DNA of 42,635 nt from Actinomycetes bacterium (GTDB lineage Bacteria > Actinomycetota > Actinomycetes > JAKEEW01), in the NCBI GenBank assembly GCA_036560395.1, contig DATBRJ010000009.1:1-42635 (forward strand), written 5' to 3'. Shown piece after piece: positions 34,094-42,635 of the stretch (its first letter is position 1; each line of letters starts with the position of its first letter). The position numbers were made by a program, and so were the translations under genes. The notes under the pieces are model-generated. The model was not told the DNA's origin. It searched no databases and worked only from the letters and a program-made list of their open reading frames with translations.

Positions 34094-34095
34094 CC

Positions 34096-34281
34096 GTGGC
34101 GAAGAAGTCACTGATCGCTAAGGCTGCGCGCAGGCCGAAGTTCAAGGTCCGTGCGTACACCCGCTGCCAGCGGTGCGGCAGGCCGCACTCGGTCTATCGC
34201 AAGTTCGGCCTCTGCCGGATCTGCCTTCGCGAGATGGCACACCGCGGCGAGCTGCCCGGCATCACCAAGTCCAGCTGGTAA
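34096..34281 (+). CDS. rpsN: 30S ribosomal protein S14, short zinc-binding type Z form
   Basis: 61 aa: [61 protein letters not shown], with CxxC...CxxC. Confidence 0.96.
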   Translation: MAKKSLIAKAARRPKFKVRAYTRCQRCGRPHSVYRKFGLCRICLREMAHRGELPGITKSSW

Positions 34282-34415
34282 ACCTCGCCGTTTGCGGCGG
34301 AGGCCGCGCTCAACGGAAGAACTGAACATCGCAAACCCAAGAAAGCAGCACCAATCGCCGTAGGTCCTGCTCCGGCGGAGAGCCGGAAACCGCGGCGGGA
34401 AAGAGGCCCCAGGCC

Positions 34416-34814
34416 ATGACCATGACAGACCCCATCGCAGACATGCTCAGCCGTCTGCGGAACGCCAACTCGGCATACCACGACGATGTGTCGATGCCCT
34501 ATAGCAAGATCAAGTCGCACATCGCGGAGATCCTTCAGCAGGAGGGCTATATCGCAAGCTGGAAGGTCGAGGATGCCGAGGTGGGCAAGACGCTCACCCT
34601 TATGCTCAAGTACGGCCCCAACCGCGAGCGCTCGATTGCCGGCTTGCGCCGGGTCTCCAAGCCCGGCCTGCGGGTGTACGCCAAGTCGACAGGCTTGCCC
34701 CGCGTCCTCGGCGGACTAGGTGTCGCGATCATCTCGACGTCATCGGGTCTGCTCACCGACAAGCAAGCGGCCAGGAAGGGCGTGGGTGGGGAAGTCCTCG
34801 CCTACGTCTGGTAA
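34416..34814 (+). CDS. rpsH: 30S ribosomal protein S8
   Basis: [46 protein letters not shown]. Confidence 0.97.
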   Translation: MTMTDPIADMLSRLRNANSAYHDDVSMPYSKIKSHIAEILQQEGYIASWKVEDAEVGKTLTLMLKYGPNRERSIAGLRRVSKPGLRVYAKSTGLPRVLGGLGVAIISTSSGLLTDKQAARKGVGGEVLAYVW

Positions 34815-34832
34815 GGGAGGAGGCAGCGCAAA

Positions 34833-35369
34833 ATGTCGCGTATTGGACGCATGCCTATCCCGGTTCCCGCGGGCGTCGAGGTGGACATCAAGGGCAGCGA
34901 GGTAACTGTCAAGGGCCCGAAGGGCACGCTCTCCCACACCGTCGTCGAACCAATCGCGGTGACCAGGGAGGACGGCAACCTGCGCGTGACGCGGCCAGAC
35001 GACGAGCGGCGCAACCGCCAACTCCACGGGTTGACCCGCACCCTTGTCGCCAACATGGTGACCGGCGTGACCGACGGCTATCAGAAGACCCTGGAGATCC
35101 AGGGTGTGGGGTACCGTGTCCAGGCACGGGGCTCGGCGCTCGAGTTCTCCCTGGGCTTCAGCCATCCGGTTCTTGTAGAGGCACCGGAGGGCATCGCCTT
35201 CCAGGTCGAGACGCCCACCCGCTTCCACGTCCAGGGCATCGACAAGCAGAAGGTCGGCGAGGTCGCCGCAAATATCCGCAAGCTCCGCAAACCCGACCCG
35301 TACAAGGGCAAGGGCGTGCGCTACCAGGGCGAGGTCGTCCGTCGCAAGGTCGGAAAGGCTGGTAAGTAA
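34833..35369 (+). CDS. rplF: 50S ribosomal protein L6
   Basis: [45 protein letters not shown]. Confidence 0.97.
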   Translation: MSRIGRMPIPVPAGVEVDIKGSEVTVKGPKGTLSHTVVEPIAVTREDGNLRVTRPDDERRNRQLHGLTRTLVANMVTGVTDGYQKTLEIQGVGYRVQARGSALEFSLGFSHPVLVEAPEGIAFQVETPTRFHVQGIDKQKVGEVAANIRKLRKPDPYKGKGVRYQGEVVRRKVGKAGK

Positions 35370-35372
35370 GTC

Positions 35373-35756
35373 ATGGCTGTCGGTGTGAAGACCGGCAAGG
35401 GTCACGCAGGTAAGCGCTCTGCGCGAATCCGCCGGCACCTGCGCGTCAGGAAGAAGGTCGCAGGCAGCTCCAACCGGCCGCGGCTGGTCGTGTCCCGCTC
35501 TTCGCGGCACATCCTCGGCCAGCTCGTGGACGACGTCGCCGGCCACACACTCGCCTCGGCCTCGTCGATGGACGAGACCATCCGAGACAGTGAGGGCGAC
35601 AAGACCGCGCGAGCACGTCAGGCCGGCAAGCTGCTGGCCGAGCGTGCAACGGCGGCGGGCTTCGCCTCGGTCATCTTCGACCGAGGCGGCTACCGCTATC
35701 ACGGTCGCGTCGCCGCCTTCGCGGACGGCGCTCGTGAGGGAGGGCTCGAGTTCTGA
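35373..35756 (+). CDS. rplR: 50S ribosomal protein L18
   Basis: ...[37 protein letters not shown]...[26 protein letters not shown]. Confidence 0.97.
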   Translation: MAVGVKTGKGHAGKRSARIRRHLRVRKKVAGSSNRPRLVVSRSSRHILGQLVDDVAGHTLASASSMDETIRDSEGDKTARARQAGKLLAERATAAGFASVIFDRGGYRYHGRVAAFADGAREGGLEF

Positions 35757-35791
35757 TGCATGCACGTGACGTTCTGATGCATGCAACTGAC
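35750..35791 (+). repeat. 21-nt tandem duplication of the rplR stop context
   Basis: gttctgatgcatgcacgtgac (35750-35770) and gttctgatgcatgcaactgac (35771-35791) match at 19/21. The core gttctgatg recurs at 35848-35856, where it contains the rpsE ATG. Confidence 0.9.
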
Positions 35792-35853
35792 AGGGCATTC
35801 AGGAAGCACCAGGGAACGATGTCCCGGCGATCAACTGAAAGAAGGACGTTCTG

Positions 35854-36453
35854 ATGGCAGGACCCCAGCGCCGTGGCGGCGGTGGCGGCGAGCGGCGTGA
35901 CCGTCGTGGTGACGGCCGGCGCGACAGTGCCACCGAGAAGACCGCTTACCTCGAGCGCGTAGTCGCCATCAACCGCGTGGCCAAGGTCGTACGTGGCGGC
36001 CGCCGCTTCAGCTTCACCGCCCTCGTCGTGGTCGGTGACGGCGACGGAACGGTTGGCGTCGGCTATGGCAAGGCCAAGGAGGTGCCGGCCGCCATCGCGA
36101 AGGGCGTGGAGGAGGCCAAGAAGCACTTCTTCAAGGTGCCGCGCATCCAGGGCACCATTCCGCACCCGGTGCAGGGCGAGGAGGCCGCAGGCGTCGTCCT
36201 GCTGAAACCGGCCGCACCCGGTACCGGTGTCATCGCCGGCGGACCCGTGCGTGCCGTACTGGAGTGCGCCGGCATCCACGACGTACTGTCAAAGTCGCTC
36301 GGCTCCTCCAACGCGATCAACATCGTGCACGCGACCGTCCGGGCGCTCAAGCAACTCGAGCGGCCGGAGTCTGTGGCCGCCCGCCGTGGACTTCCGCTCG
36401 AGGACGTGGCTCCGGCGGCGCTGCTGCGTTCCAGGGCCGGGGTGGGTGCCTGA
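35854..36453 (+). CDS. rpsE: 30S ribosomal protein S5
   Basis: R/G-rich N-terminus, then [47 protein letters not shown]. Confidence 0.97.
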   Translation: MAGPQRRGGGGGERRDRRGDGRRDSATEKTAYLERVVAINRVAKVVRGGRRFSFTALVVVGDGDGTVGVGYGKAKEVPAAIAKGVEEAKKHFFKVPRIQGTIPHPVQGEEAAGVVLLKPAAPGTGVIAGGPVRAVLECAGIHDVLSKSLGSSNAINIVHATVRALKQLERPESVAARRGLPLEDVAPAALLRSRAGVGA

Positions 36454-36635
36454 TGGCGCGGTTGAAGGTCAAGCAGACCAAGTCGGACATCGGCGGAAAG
36501 AAGAACCAGCGTGAGACCCTGCGCACACTGGGTCTCAAGCACGTCGGCGACGTGGTCGTCAAGGAGGATCGCCCGGAGATCCGCGGGATGGTCAAGACGG
36601 TGTCGCACCTCGTCACCGTTGAGGAGGTCGACTAG
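36453..36635 (+). CDS. rpmD: 50S ribosomal protein L30
   Basis: ATG 36453 overlaps the rpsE TGA (TGATG). [60 protein letters not shown] (60 aa). The track shows only a longer, spurious in-frame extension from 36264. Confidence 0.95.
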   Translation: MARLKVKQTKSDIGGKKNQRETLRTLGLKHVGDVVVKEDRPEIRGMVKTVSHLVTVEEVD

Positions 36636-36637
36636 TC

Positions 36638-37081
36638 ATGGCGCTCAAGGTCCATCACCTGCGCCCAGCGCCGGGCGCACGTACCGAGAAGACCCGCGTC
36701 GGCCGAGGTAATGCCGGCGCTAGGGGCAAGACCGCCGGCCGCGGCACGAAGGGCTCGAAGGCCCGCAATCAGGTGCCGGCCCGATTCGAAGGCGGCCAAA
36801 TGCCGTTGCATATGCGGCTGCCAAAGCTGAAGGGGTTCAGGAATCCGTTCCGGGTTGAGTTTCAGGTCGTCAACCTCGACAAGCTCGCCGCGCTTTACCC
36901 GCAAGGTGGTGAGGTGACTGTCGACGATCTCGTCGACAAGGGCGCTGTTCGGCCCGGCCGGTCGGTCAAGGTCCTCGGCACCGGGGAGATCACGGTGGCA
37001 CTCCAGGTGAGCGCCAACGCGTTCTCCGCATCGGCCAAGGAGAAGATCACCGCTGCCGGTGGCACCACGACCGAGGTCTAG
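36638..37081 (+). CDS. rplO: 50S ribosomal protein L15
   Basis: [39 protein letters not shown]...RLPKLKGF. Confidence 0.97.
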   Translation: MALKVHHLRPAPGARTEKTRVGRGNAGARGKTAGRGTKGSKARNQVPARFEGGQMPLHMRLPKLKGFRNPFRVEFQVVNLDKLAALYPQGGEVTVDDLVDKGAVRPGRSVKVLGTGEITVALQVSANAFSASAKEKITAAGGTTTEV

Positions 37082-37405
37082 GGACCCACGAATGGTCGCT
37101 CGCTCCGGCACCCACGCCGGACATCACCGGCTGAATCCGGCGGCGCCGCCAGCCCACCGGGTCTTCGTTCGCTGCGCCAGCCGGAGAACCTTTCTGGGCG
37201 TGGCGGCCCGGTCCCCAGCCGGTGTGGTCACGACAAATGATCAGTTAGGGCTCCCCGCGCGGTCGTGGAGCGAGGAGATCGAAACTTCGTGGGGCGCCGA
37301 GGATCAGGTATTGTCCGTGTGCGTCCGGTGTGACAACGTGCGCCCGGACGCCTCAACCGACGACGAAGCCCCGCCCGTGCCGCGGGCGGTTGCGCAGGAG
37401 GATCC

Positions 37406-38716
37406 GTGCTTACCGCGTTCGCCCGGGCATTTCGCACGCCTGACCTGCGCCGAAAGCTGCTCTTCGTAGCCGCGATCATCGCGTTGTTCCGGCTGGGATC
37501 GGCGGTGCCCGCGCCCGGCGTCGACACAGGGGCGATCAACCAGTGCCTCAAACCGCTCCTCGACGAGGGCGGCATCTACGGGCTTATCAACCTGTTCAGC
37601 GGCGGCGCGCTGCTGCAGCTGTCGGTGTTCGCGCTCGGCATCATGCCCTACATCACGGCCAGCATCATCTTGCAGCTGCTCACGGTGGTCATCCCGCGGC
37701 TGGAAACGCTGAAGAAGGAAGGCCAGGCAGGCACTGCCAAGATCACGCAGTACACCCGCTATTTGACCATTGGTCTGGCGATTCTCCAGTCGACCAGCTT
37801 GATCGCCATCGCCAAGCAGCCCGGGCGGCTGCTGCAGGGCTGCTCGCTCCCCCTGATCCGGTCGGACGTCGGGTTCCTCGGGATTGTGACGATGGTGTTC
37901 GTCATGACAGCCGGCACTGGCGTGATCATGTGGCTGGGCGAGCTGATCACCGACCGCGGTATCGGCAATGGCATGTCCATCCTGATCTTCACGCAGATCG
38001 CCGCGACCTTCCCGCAGCAACTGTGGGCCATCAAGCTGCAGGAGGGTTGGAGCGCCTTCCTCGTCGTCATGGCTGTGGGTCTGGCTCTGGTCGCCGCGGT
38101 GATCTTCGTCGAGCAGTCGCAGCGCCGCATCCCGGTCCAATACGCGAAGCGGATGATCGGCCGAAGGATGTATGGCGGCACGTCGACCTATATCCCACTT
38201 AAGGTCAACCAGGCTGGCGTCATCCCGGTGATCTTTGCGTCATCGCTGCTCTACCTGCCCGCGCTGGGCTCGCAGCTGTCGGGAAATCAGGATTCCGGCT
38301 GGGCGTTGTGGGTGCAGACCCACTTCGTGCGAGGCGACCACCCGCTGTACATCTTGGCGTTCTTCGCGCTGATCGTGTTCTTTACCTACTTCTACGTGAG
38401 CATCACCTTCAACCCCACCGAAGTCTCCGACAACATGAAGAAGTACGGCGGATTCATTCCCGGCATTCGCGCTGGTCGGCCGACCGCCGAGTACCTCTCG
38501 TACATCCTCAACCGGATCACGCTGCCCGGCTCGCTCTATCTCGGGCTCATCGCGATCATTCCGATGATCGCAATCGCGATTTTCGGCGGAGGAGTCAACC
38601 AGCGGTTCCCGTTCGGCGGCACAAGCATCCTGATCATCGTCGGTGTCGGCCTGGAGACGGTCAAGCAGATCGAAAGCCAGCTTCAGCAACGTAACTACGA
38701 GGGCTTCTTGCGGTAG
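37406..38716 (+). CDS. secY: Preprotein translocase subunit SecY
   Basis: GTG after [47 protein letters not shown]..., 10-TM profile, ending ...[16 protein letters not shown]. Confidence 0.97.
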   Translation: MLTAFARAFRTPDLRRKLLFVAAIIALFRLGSAVPAPGVDTGAINQCLKPLLDEGGIYGLINLFSGGALLQLSVFALGIMPYITASIILQLLTVVIPRLETLKKEGQAGTAKITQYTRYLTIGLAILQSTSLIAIAKQPGRLLQGCSLPLIRSDVGFLGIVTMVFVMTAGTGVIMWLGELITDRGIGNGMSILIFTQIAATFPQQLWAIKLQEGWSAFLVVMAVGLALVAAVIFVEQSQRRIPVQYAKRMIGRRMYGGTSTYIPLKVNQAGVIPVIFASSLLYLPALGSQLSGNQDSGWALWVQTHFVRGDHPLYILAFFALIVFFTYFYVSITFNPTEVSDNMKKYGGFIPGIRAGRPTAEYLSYILNRITLPGSLYLGLIAIIPMIAIAIFGGGVNQRFPFGGTSILIIVGVGLETVKQIESQLQQRNYEGFLR

Positions 38717-39369
38717 TGCGCATCGTCCTCGTCGGGCCGCCGGGAGCGGGGAAGGGGACCCAGGCCCAGTTCATCGCCTCCCACCTGTCGATCCCCAAGA
38801 TTTCGACAGGAGACATCTTCCGCGTGAACGTGAGCCAGGGAACCGAGCTCGGGCGCGAGGCCAAGGCCTATATGGACCGAGGGGATCTGGTGCCGGATTC
38901 CGTCACGATCGCCATGGTCAGGGATCGGCTGGCCGAGGGCGACACCAGCGACGGCTTCCTGCTCGACGGTTTTCCGCGCACCCTCACCCAGGCGAAGGCA
39001 CTCGACGAGACGCTCGACGATATGGGCACGAAGCTCGACGTCGTATTGGAGCTCGTCGTTGATGACGACGAGGTGGTACGCCGGCTGTCCGGGCGGCGAA
39101 CCTGCCGCGTCTGCGGCCGCGTATGGCACCTGGACTTCGACCCGCCGACCAGGGAGGGGATCTGCGACCAGTGCGGAGGGGAACTGTTCCAGCGTGACGA
39201 CGACCGGGAGGAGACCGTTCGGCACCGGCTCGAGGTCTATGCCGAGCAGACGGCGCCGTTGATCGACTTCTATGCGGACAAGAGCATCCTCGTGGGGCTG
39301 GACGCGACGGGTCCGGTCGAGGACGTCACGGACCGGGCGATCAACGCCTTGATGCGCTTCGGCGGCTAG
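38716..39369 (+). CDS. adk: Adenylate kinase (Cys4 zinc lid)
   Basis: The GTG overlaps the sec[25 protein letters not shown] (P-loop). The lid is [26 protein letters not shown]. Confidence 0.97.
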   Translation: MRIVLVGPPGAGKGTQAQFIASHLSIPKISTGDIFRVNVSQGTELGREAKAYMDRGDLVPDSVTIAMVRDRLAEGDTSDGFLLDGFPRTLTQAKALDETLDDMGTKLDVVLELVVDDDEVVRRLSGRRTCRVCGRVWHLDFDPPTREGICDQCGGELFQRDDDREETVRHRLEVYAEQTAPLIDFYADKSILVGLDATGPVEDVTDRAINALMRFGG

Positions 39370-39375
39370 GGCCTG

Positions 39376-39538
39376 GACATCGGGGGAAGCTGACATCGAG
39401 AGCCGAGCATCAGGGAAGCTGAGCATCAGGGAATGAACATCCGGGAAGCTGAACCTCGAGGGGAACGAATCATTGAGACGAAGCTGAGCATTGAGGCGAA
39501 GCGGAGCATCGGGGGACGCCGAGCATCGGGGGATAGGG
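39376..39538 (+). repeat. About ten degenerate 15-18-nt purine-rich tandem units filling the adk-map spacer
   Basis: Core (g)agcatc(g/a)ggg(g)a(a)gct. Clear copies start at 39376, 39405, 39421, 39436, 39486, 39504 and 39521. The array ends 1 nt before the map ATG. Confidence 0.85.
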
Positions 39539-39539
39539 C

Positions 39540-40367
39540 ATGGGACTCCTACGCAAGCAGGACGAAATGATCGAGCTGAAGACCGAGGCGCAGATCGCCA
39601 AGATGCGCGAGGCCGGCCTGGTCGTGGGCCGGACCCTCGAGGTGCTGCGCGGCGCCGTCGCTCCCGGCGTGACGACTGCTGCGCTCGACGCGATCGCCGA
39701 GGAGCACATCAGGGACAGCGGTGCGGTGCCGTCGTTCAAGGGCTACCACGGCACCTACCCGGCAACGATCTGTGCATCGGTCAACGACGAGATCGTCCAT
39801 GGCATCCCAGGCCCGCGGATATTGCGCGAGGGTGACATCATCTCGATCGACTGCGGCGCGATCGTGGATGGATGGCATGGAGATGCTGCGATCACGGTGC
39901 CGGTTGGGGAGGTCAGCAGCAAGCTGACCGCACTCATGGACGTCTGCGAGGCAGCACTGTGGCGCGGGCTCGCTTCCGCGGTCATCGACCACCGCCTCAC
40001 CGACATCTCGCACGCCGTCGAGTCGTACATCCGCGCCGCCGGCCCCTACGGGGTGATAGAGGAGTACGTCGGTCACGGCATCGGCTCAGCCATGCACCAA
40101 GATCCACCGGTGCCCAACTACGGGCGTCCTGGACGCGGACCGCGGTTGGTCAAGGGCATGGCACTGGCCATAGAGCCGATGATCACGCTCGGTAATCGGC
40201 ATACCCGGTTGCTCGCCGACGACTGGACCGTCGTCACGGCCGACGGCTCGTACGCCGCCCATTTCGAGCACACCGTCGCCATAACCGAGGGCGGACCTTG
40301 GGTGCTCACCGCCCTCGACGGGGGTCGCGCCCAGCTGGCCGAGCTGGCCGCGGTGGCATCCCCCTGA
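39540..40367 (+). CDS. map: Type I methionine aminopeptidase
   Basis: IELKTEAQIAKMREAG...HGIPGPRILREGDIISIDCGAIVDGWHGDAA...GHGIGSAMHQDP...LAIEPM...AHFEHTV (metal ligands D, D, H, E, E). The start could alternatively be the ATG at 39567. Confidence 0.95.
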   Translation: MGLLRKQDEMIELKTEAQIAKMREAGLVVGRTLEVLRGAVAPGVTTAALDAIAEEHIRDSGAVPSFKGYHGTYPATICASVNDEIVHGIPGPRILREGDIISIDCGAIVDGWHGDAAITVPVGEVSSKLTALMDVCEAALWRGLASAVIDHRLTDISHAVESYIRAAGPYGVIEEYVGHGIGSAMHQDPPVPNYGRPGRGPRLVKGMALAIEPMITLGNRHTRLLADDWTVVTADGSYAAHFEHTVAITEGGPWVLTALDGGRAQLAELAAVASP

Positions 40368-40415
40368 CTGTGGGGAGACCGCGAGATCGTCGCCGATTGG
40401 CGAGCGGGACCGTTC

Positions 40416-40445
40416 TTGACGTAAACTCGTCCCTCGGTTCACTAT
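40416..40445 (+). promoter_or_regulatory. Candidate promoter for infA-rpmJ-rpsM-rpsK-rpsD
   Basis: TTGACG (40416-40421), an 18-nt spacer, then CACTAT (40440-40445), ~180 nt upstream of infA. Motif-based only. Confidence 0.35.
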
Positions 40446-40624
40446 TGGCCCCTGCCCGTCGGCACCCCGCGGCTGGTTTCCGGTGCTCGTACGGCGGGGC
40501 TTCGTGTGTGCCACCGAACTGATTCGTGATCAACGATCCGTCTTCGCCGGCTTCGGGCGATGCACAGATCATGATCCGGACCGACTAAAGGCGATCAACC
40601 CAACCAACGCCCAGGCGGAGGGAC

Positions 40625-40846
40625 ATGCCCAAGAAAGAGGGTGCCATCGAGATCGAGGGCACCGTCGTCGAGAGCCTCCCGAACGCGATGTTCCGGGTGG
40701 AGCTCGCTAACGGGCATAAGGTCCTCGCGCACATCAGCGGGAAGATGCGGATGCACTACATTCGGATCCTCCCTGACGACCGGGTGGTCGTCGAGCTGAG
40801 TCCGTACGACCTGAGTCGTGGCCGGATCGTCTACCGCTATAAGTAA
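40625..40846 (+). CDS. infA: Translation initiation factor IF-1
   Basis: [73 protein letters not shown]. Confidence 0.98.
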   Translation: MPKKEGAIEIEGTVVESLPNAMFRVELANGHKVLAHISGKMRMHYIRILPDDRVVVELSPYDLSRGRIVYRYK

Positions 40847-40961
40847 GCACATCCGGCAGCGCTGGAGATGGTAGGGGCCGTCCCGTCCGGCCGGGGCTCG
40901 ACCTTCGAACCCCGACTCGACGCTCTCGAGCGCGAGATGAGAGATGTCCCTGGAGAGAGCC

Positions 40962-41075
40962 ATGAAGGTTAAGCCGAGCGTCAAGAAGATCTGCGACAAG
41001 TGCAAAGTGATCCGCCGCCACGGGCGGGTCATGGTGATCTGCGATAACCCCCGGCACAAGCAGCGCCAGGGCTGA
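40962..41075 (+). CDS. rpmJ: 50S ribosomal protein L36 (zinc-binding form)
   Basis: Below the track's size cutoff and found by reading the sequence. ATG 40962 follows [45 protein letters not shown], stop TGA at 41073-41075. Confidence 0.95.
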   Translation: MKVKPSVKKICDKCKVIRRHGRVMVICDNPRHKQRQG

Positions 41076-41260
41076 AGCCCCGGAATGCTTCTGAGCCGGA
41101 CCTGACACCTCGAGTCCGTACCGCAAGCAGCATCCGACCCCGTTCGATCCCTCAGGAACGATCGGGACGACACCCCCGGCACGGAGGCCGGGGACCTGCC
41201 GTCCGGCAGGACCGATGCTGTGTCAGACCTCCGCCATGAGCGAAGCAGGAGTACGCCAAG

Positions 41261-41641
41261 ATGGCACGCCTCGCCGGCGTCGACCTTCCCCGCGATAAGC
41301 GGCTCGAGGTCGCCTTGACCTATATCTACGGCATCGGCCGCACTCGCGCGCAGCAGACACTCGCTGCGACCGGCGTTTCACCCGACCTGCGGGTTCACGA
41401 CCTCGGTGACGAGGACCTCGTGAAGCTCCGCGACTGGATCGAGGCCAGCTACCAGATCGAGGGTGACCTGCGCCGTGAGGTGCAGTCCGACATTCGGCGC
41501 AAGGTCGAGATCGGCAGCTACCAGGGCCTGCGGCACCGCCGCGGCATGCCCGTCAACGGTCAGCGGACCCACACCAACGCGCGGACTCGCAAGGGCCCGC
41601 GCAAGGCGATCGCCGGCAAGAAGAAGCCAGGGAAGAAGTAG
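41261..41641 (+). CDS. rpsM: 30S ribosomal protein S13
   Basis: [39 protein letters not shown].... Confidence 0.98.
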   Translation: MARLAGVDLPRDKRLEVALTYIYGIGRTRAQQTLAATGVSPDLRVHDLGDEDLVKLRDWIEASYQIEGDLRREVQSDIRRKVEIGSYQGLRHRRGMPVNGQRTHTNARTRKGPRKAIAGKKKPGKK

Positions 41642-41654
41642 GGGAACCAGCCAA

Positions 41655-42059
41655 ATGCCTCCCAAGAGTCGCCAGGCGGGCGCCAAGAAGGTGCGCCGCA
41701 AGGAGCGGAAGAACGTGGCCCACGGCCACGCTCACATCAAGAGCACCTTCAACAACACCATCGTCTCGATCACTGACCCGACCGGTGCGGTGATCTCGTG
41801 GGCCAGCGCCGGCCAGGTCGGTTTCAAGGGTTCGCGCAAGTCGACCCCGTTCGCGGCGCAGATGGCCGCGGAAGCCGCAGCCCGGCGCGCCCAGGAGCAC
41901 GGCATGCGCAAGGTCGACGTGTTCGTCAAGGGTCCCGGCTCCGGCCGGGAGACCGCGATCCGGTCCCTGCAGGCAGTCGGCCTCGAGGTCGGTTCGATCC
42001 AGGACGTCACGCCAGTCCCGCACAATGGCTGCCGCCCGCCGAAGCGGCGCCGAGTCTGA
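41655..42059 (+). CDS. rpsK: 30S ribosomal protein S11
   Basis: Track ORF 41463..42059. ATG 41655 gives [53 protein letters not shown]. Confidence 0.97.
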   Translation: MPPKSRQAGAKKVRRKERKNVAHGHAHIKSTFNNTIVSITDPTGAVISWASAGQVGFKGSRKSTPFAAQMAAEAAARRAQEHGMRKVDVFVKGPGSGRETAIRSLQAVGLEVGSIQDVTPVPHNGCRPPKRRRV

Positions 42060-42077
42060 AGTAGGAGATACCACGAC

Positions 42078-42635
42078 ATGGCTCGGTACACCGGAGCGGA
42101 CTGCAAGCGCTGCCGCCGCGAGAAGATGAAGCTCTTCCTCAAGGGCGCCAAGTGCGAGTCACCGAAGTGCCCGATCGAGATCCGGCCCTACCCGCCGGGC
42201 GAGCACGGCCGCGGCCGCACCAAGGACAGCGAATACCTGCAGCAGCTCCGCGAGAAGCAGAAGGCGCGCCGCATCTACGGCGTGCTCGAGAAGCAGTTCC
42301 ACAACTACTACGTGGAGGCGGCCCGCCGGAAGGGCATCACCGGCGAGACCCTCCTCCAGCTGCTGGAGACCCGGCTCGACAACGTCGTCTACCGCGGCGG
42401 GCTGGCCCGCTCGCGCGACCAGGCGCGCCAGCTGGTGCGCCATTCCCACGTCACCGTCAACGGCAAGAAGGTCAACATCCCCTCGTACCAGGTGAAGCCC
42501 GGCGACGTGGTCCAGGTCAAGGAGCGCATGCGCGGCAACATCTACGTGCACGAGTCGATCCAGCTGCAGACCGGCCGGCCGACGCCGGCCTGGATGGACA
42601 TCAACGCCGGCGAGGCGAAGGTGACCGTCACCAGC
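42078..42635 (+). CDS. rpsD: 30S ribosomal protein S4 (3' end runs off the window)
   Basis: ATG 42078 follows AGGAGA. MARYTGADCKRCRREKMKLFLKGAKCESPKCPIEIRPYPPGEHG...LETRLDNVVYRGGLARSRDQARQLVRHSHVTVNGKKVNIPSYQVKPGD. Open to the last base. It is absent from the track because no stop lies in the window. Confidence 0.96.
   Translation, partial: MARYTGADCKRCRREKMKLFLKGAKCESPKCPIEIRPYPPGEHGRGRTKDSEYLQQLREKQKARRIYGVLEKQFHNYYVEAARRKGITGETLLQLLETRLDNVVYRGGLARSRDQARQLVRHSHVTVNGKKVNIPSYQVKPGDVVQVKERMRGNIYVHESIQLQTGRPTPAWMDINAGEAKVTVTS

Noticed and set aside
37059-37469. 136-aa ORF across the rplO-secY gap
   Set aside because: It overlaps the 3' end of rplO and the 5' end of secY out of frame. It is R/P/A-rich with no SD.
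39376-39538. Possible CRISPR array in the adk-map spacer
   Set aside because: The repeat period is only 15-18 nt with no intervening unique spacers. The units are degenerate and no cas genes are present. It is a simple minisatellite.

Overview
High-GC actinobacterial chromosomal core carrying the transcription/translation gene clusters. Gene order resembles what I recall for Streptomyces-type genomes. No taxon is assigned.

Gene order:
- Fragment of an ANTAR regulator, then murB (+), add (-), aspC-like aminotransferase (-).
- tRNA-Trp, secE, nusG, rplK, rplA.
- A lipoprotein gene, then rplJ and rplL.
- An MFS transporter, then rpoB and rpoC.
- A 3.6-kb variable island: ABM monooxygenase (-), a small membrane protein (+), and a VOC plus AlkZ-like glycosylase pair (-).
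- rpsL, rpsG, fusA, tuf.
- The S10, spc and alpha operons through infA, rpmJ, rpsM, rpsK and a 3'-truncated rpsD.

I see no CRISPR array, no transposase or integrase, no rRNA, and no recognisable defence or toxin system. I do not claim a novel multi-gene system.

What seems worth a second look:
1. A recurring class of T-free or T-poor, A+C-rich tandem-repeat spacers lies on the sense strand just upstream of nusG, rpoC, rpsL, fusA and rplV. A purine-rich variant precedes map.
2. In-frame minisatellites give L10 an acidic S/T-rich tail and L4 a basic KTSSx tail.
3. The adenosine deaminase catalytic HxH motif lies upstream of the first canonical start. A CTG start with a well-placed GGAGG is predicted.
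4. A 32-codon ORF is coupled at both ends between rplR and rpsE, inside a duplicated stop/start junction.
5. A translationally coupled VOC + AlkZ-like pair has a perfect palindrome upstream.

CDS coordinates follow the supplied ORF track. Several starts were moved where the track's N-terminal extensions are implausible. All function calls come from my own recognition of the translated sequences, and no database search was run.
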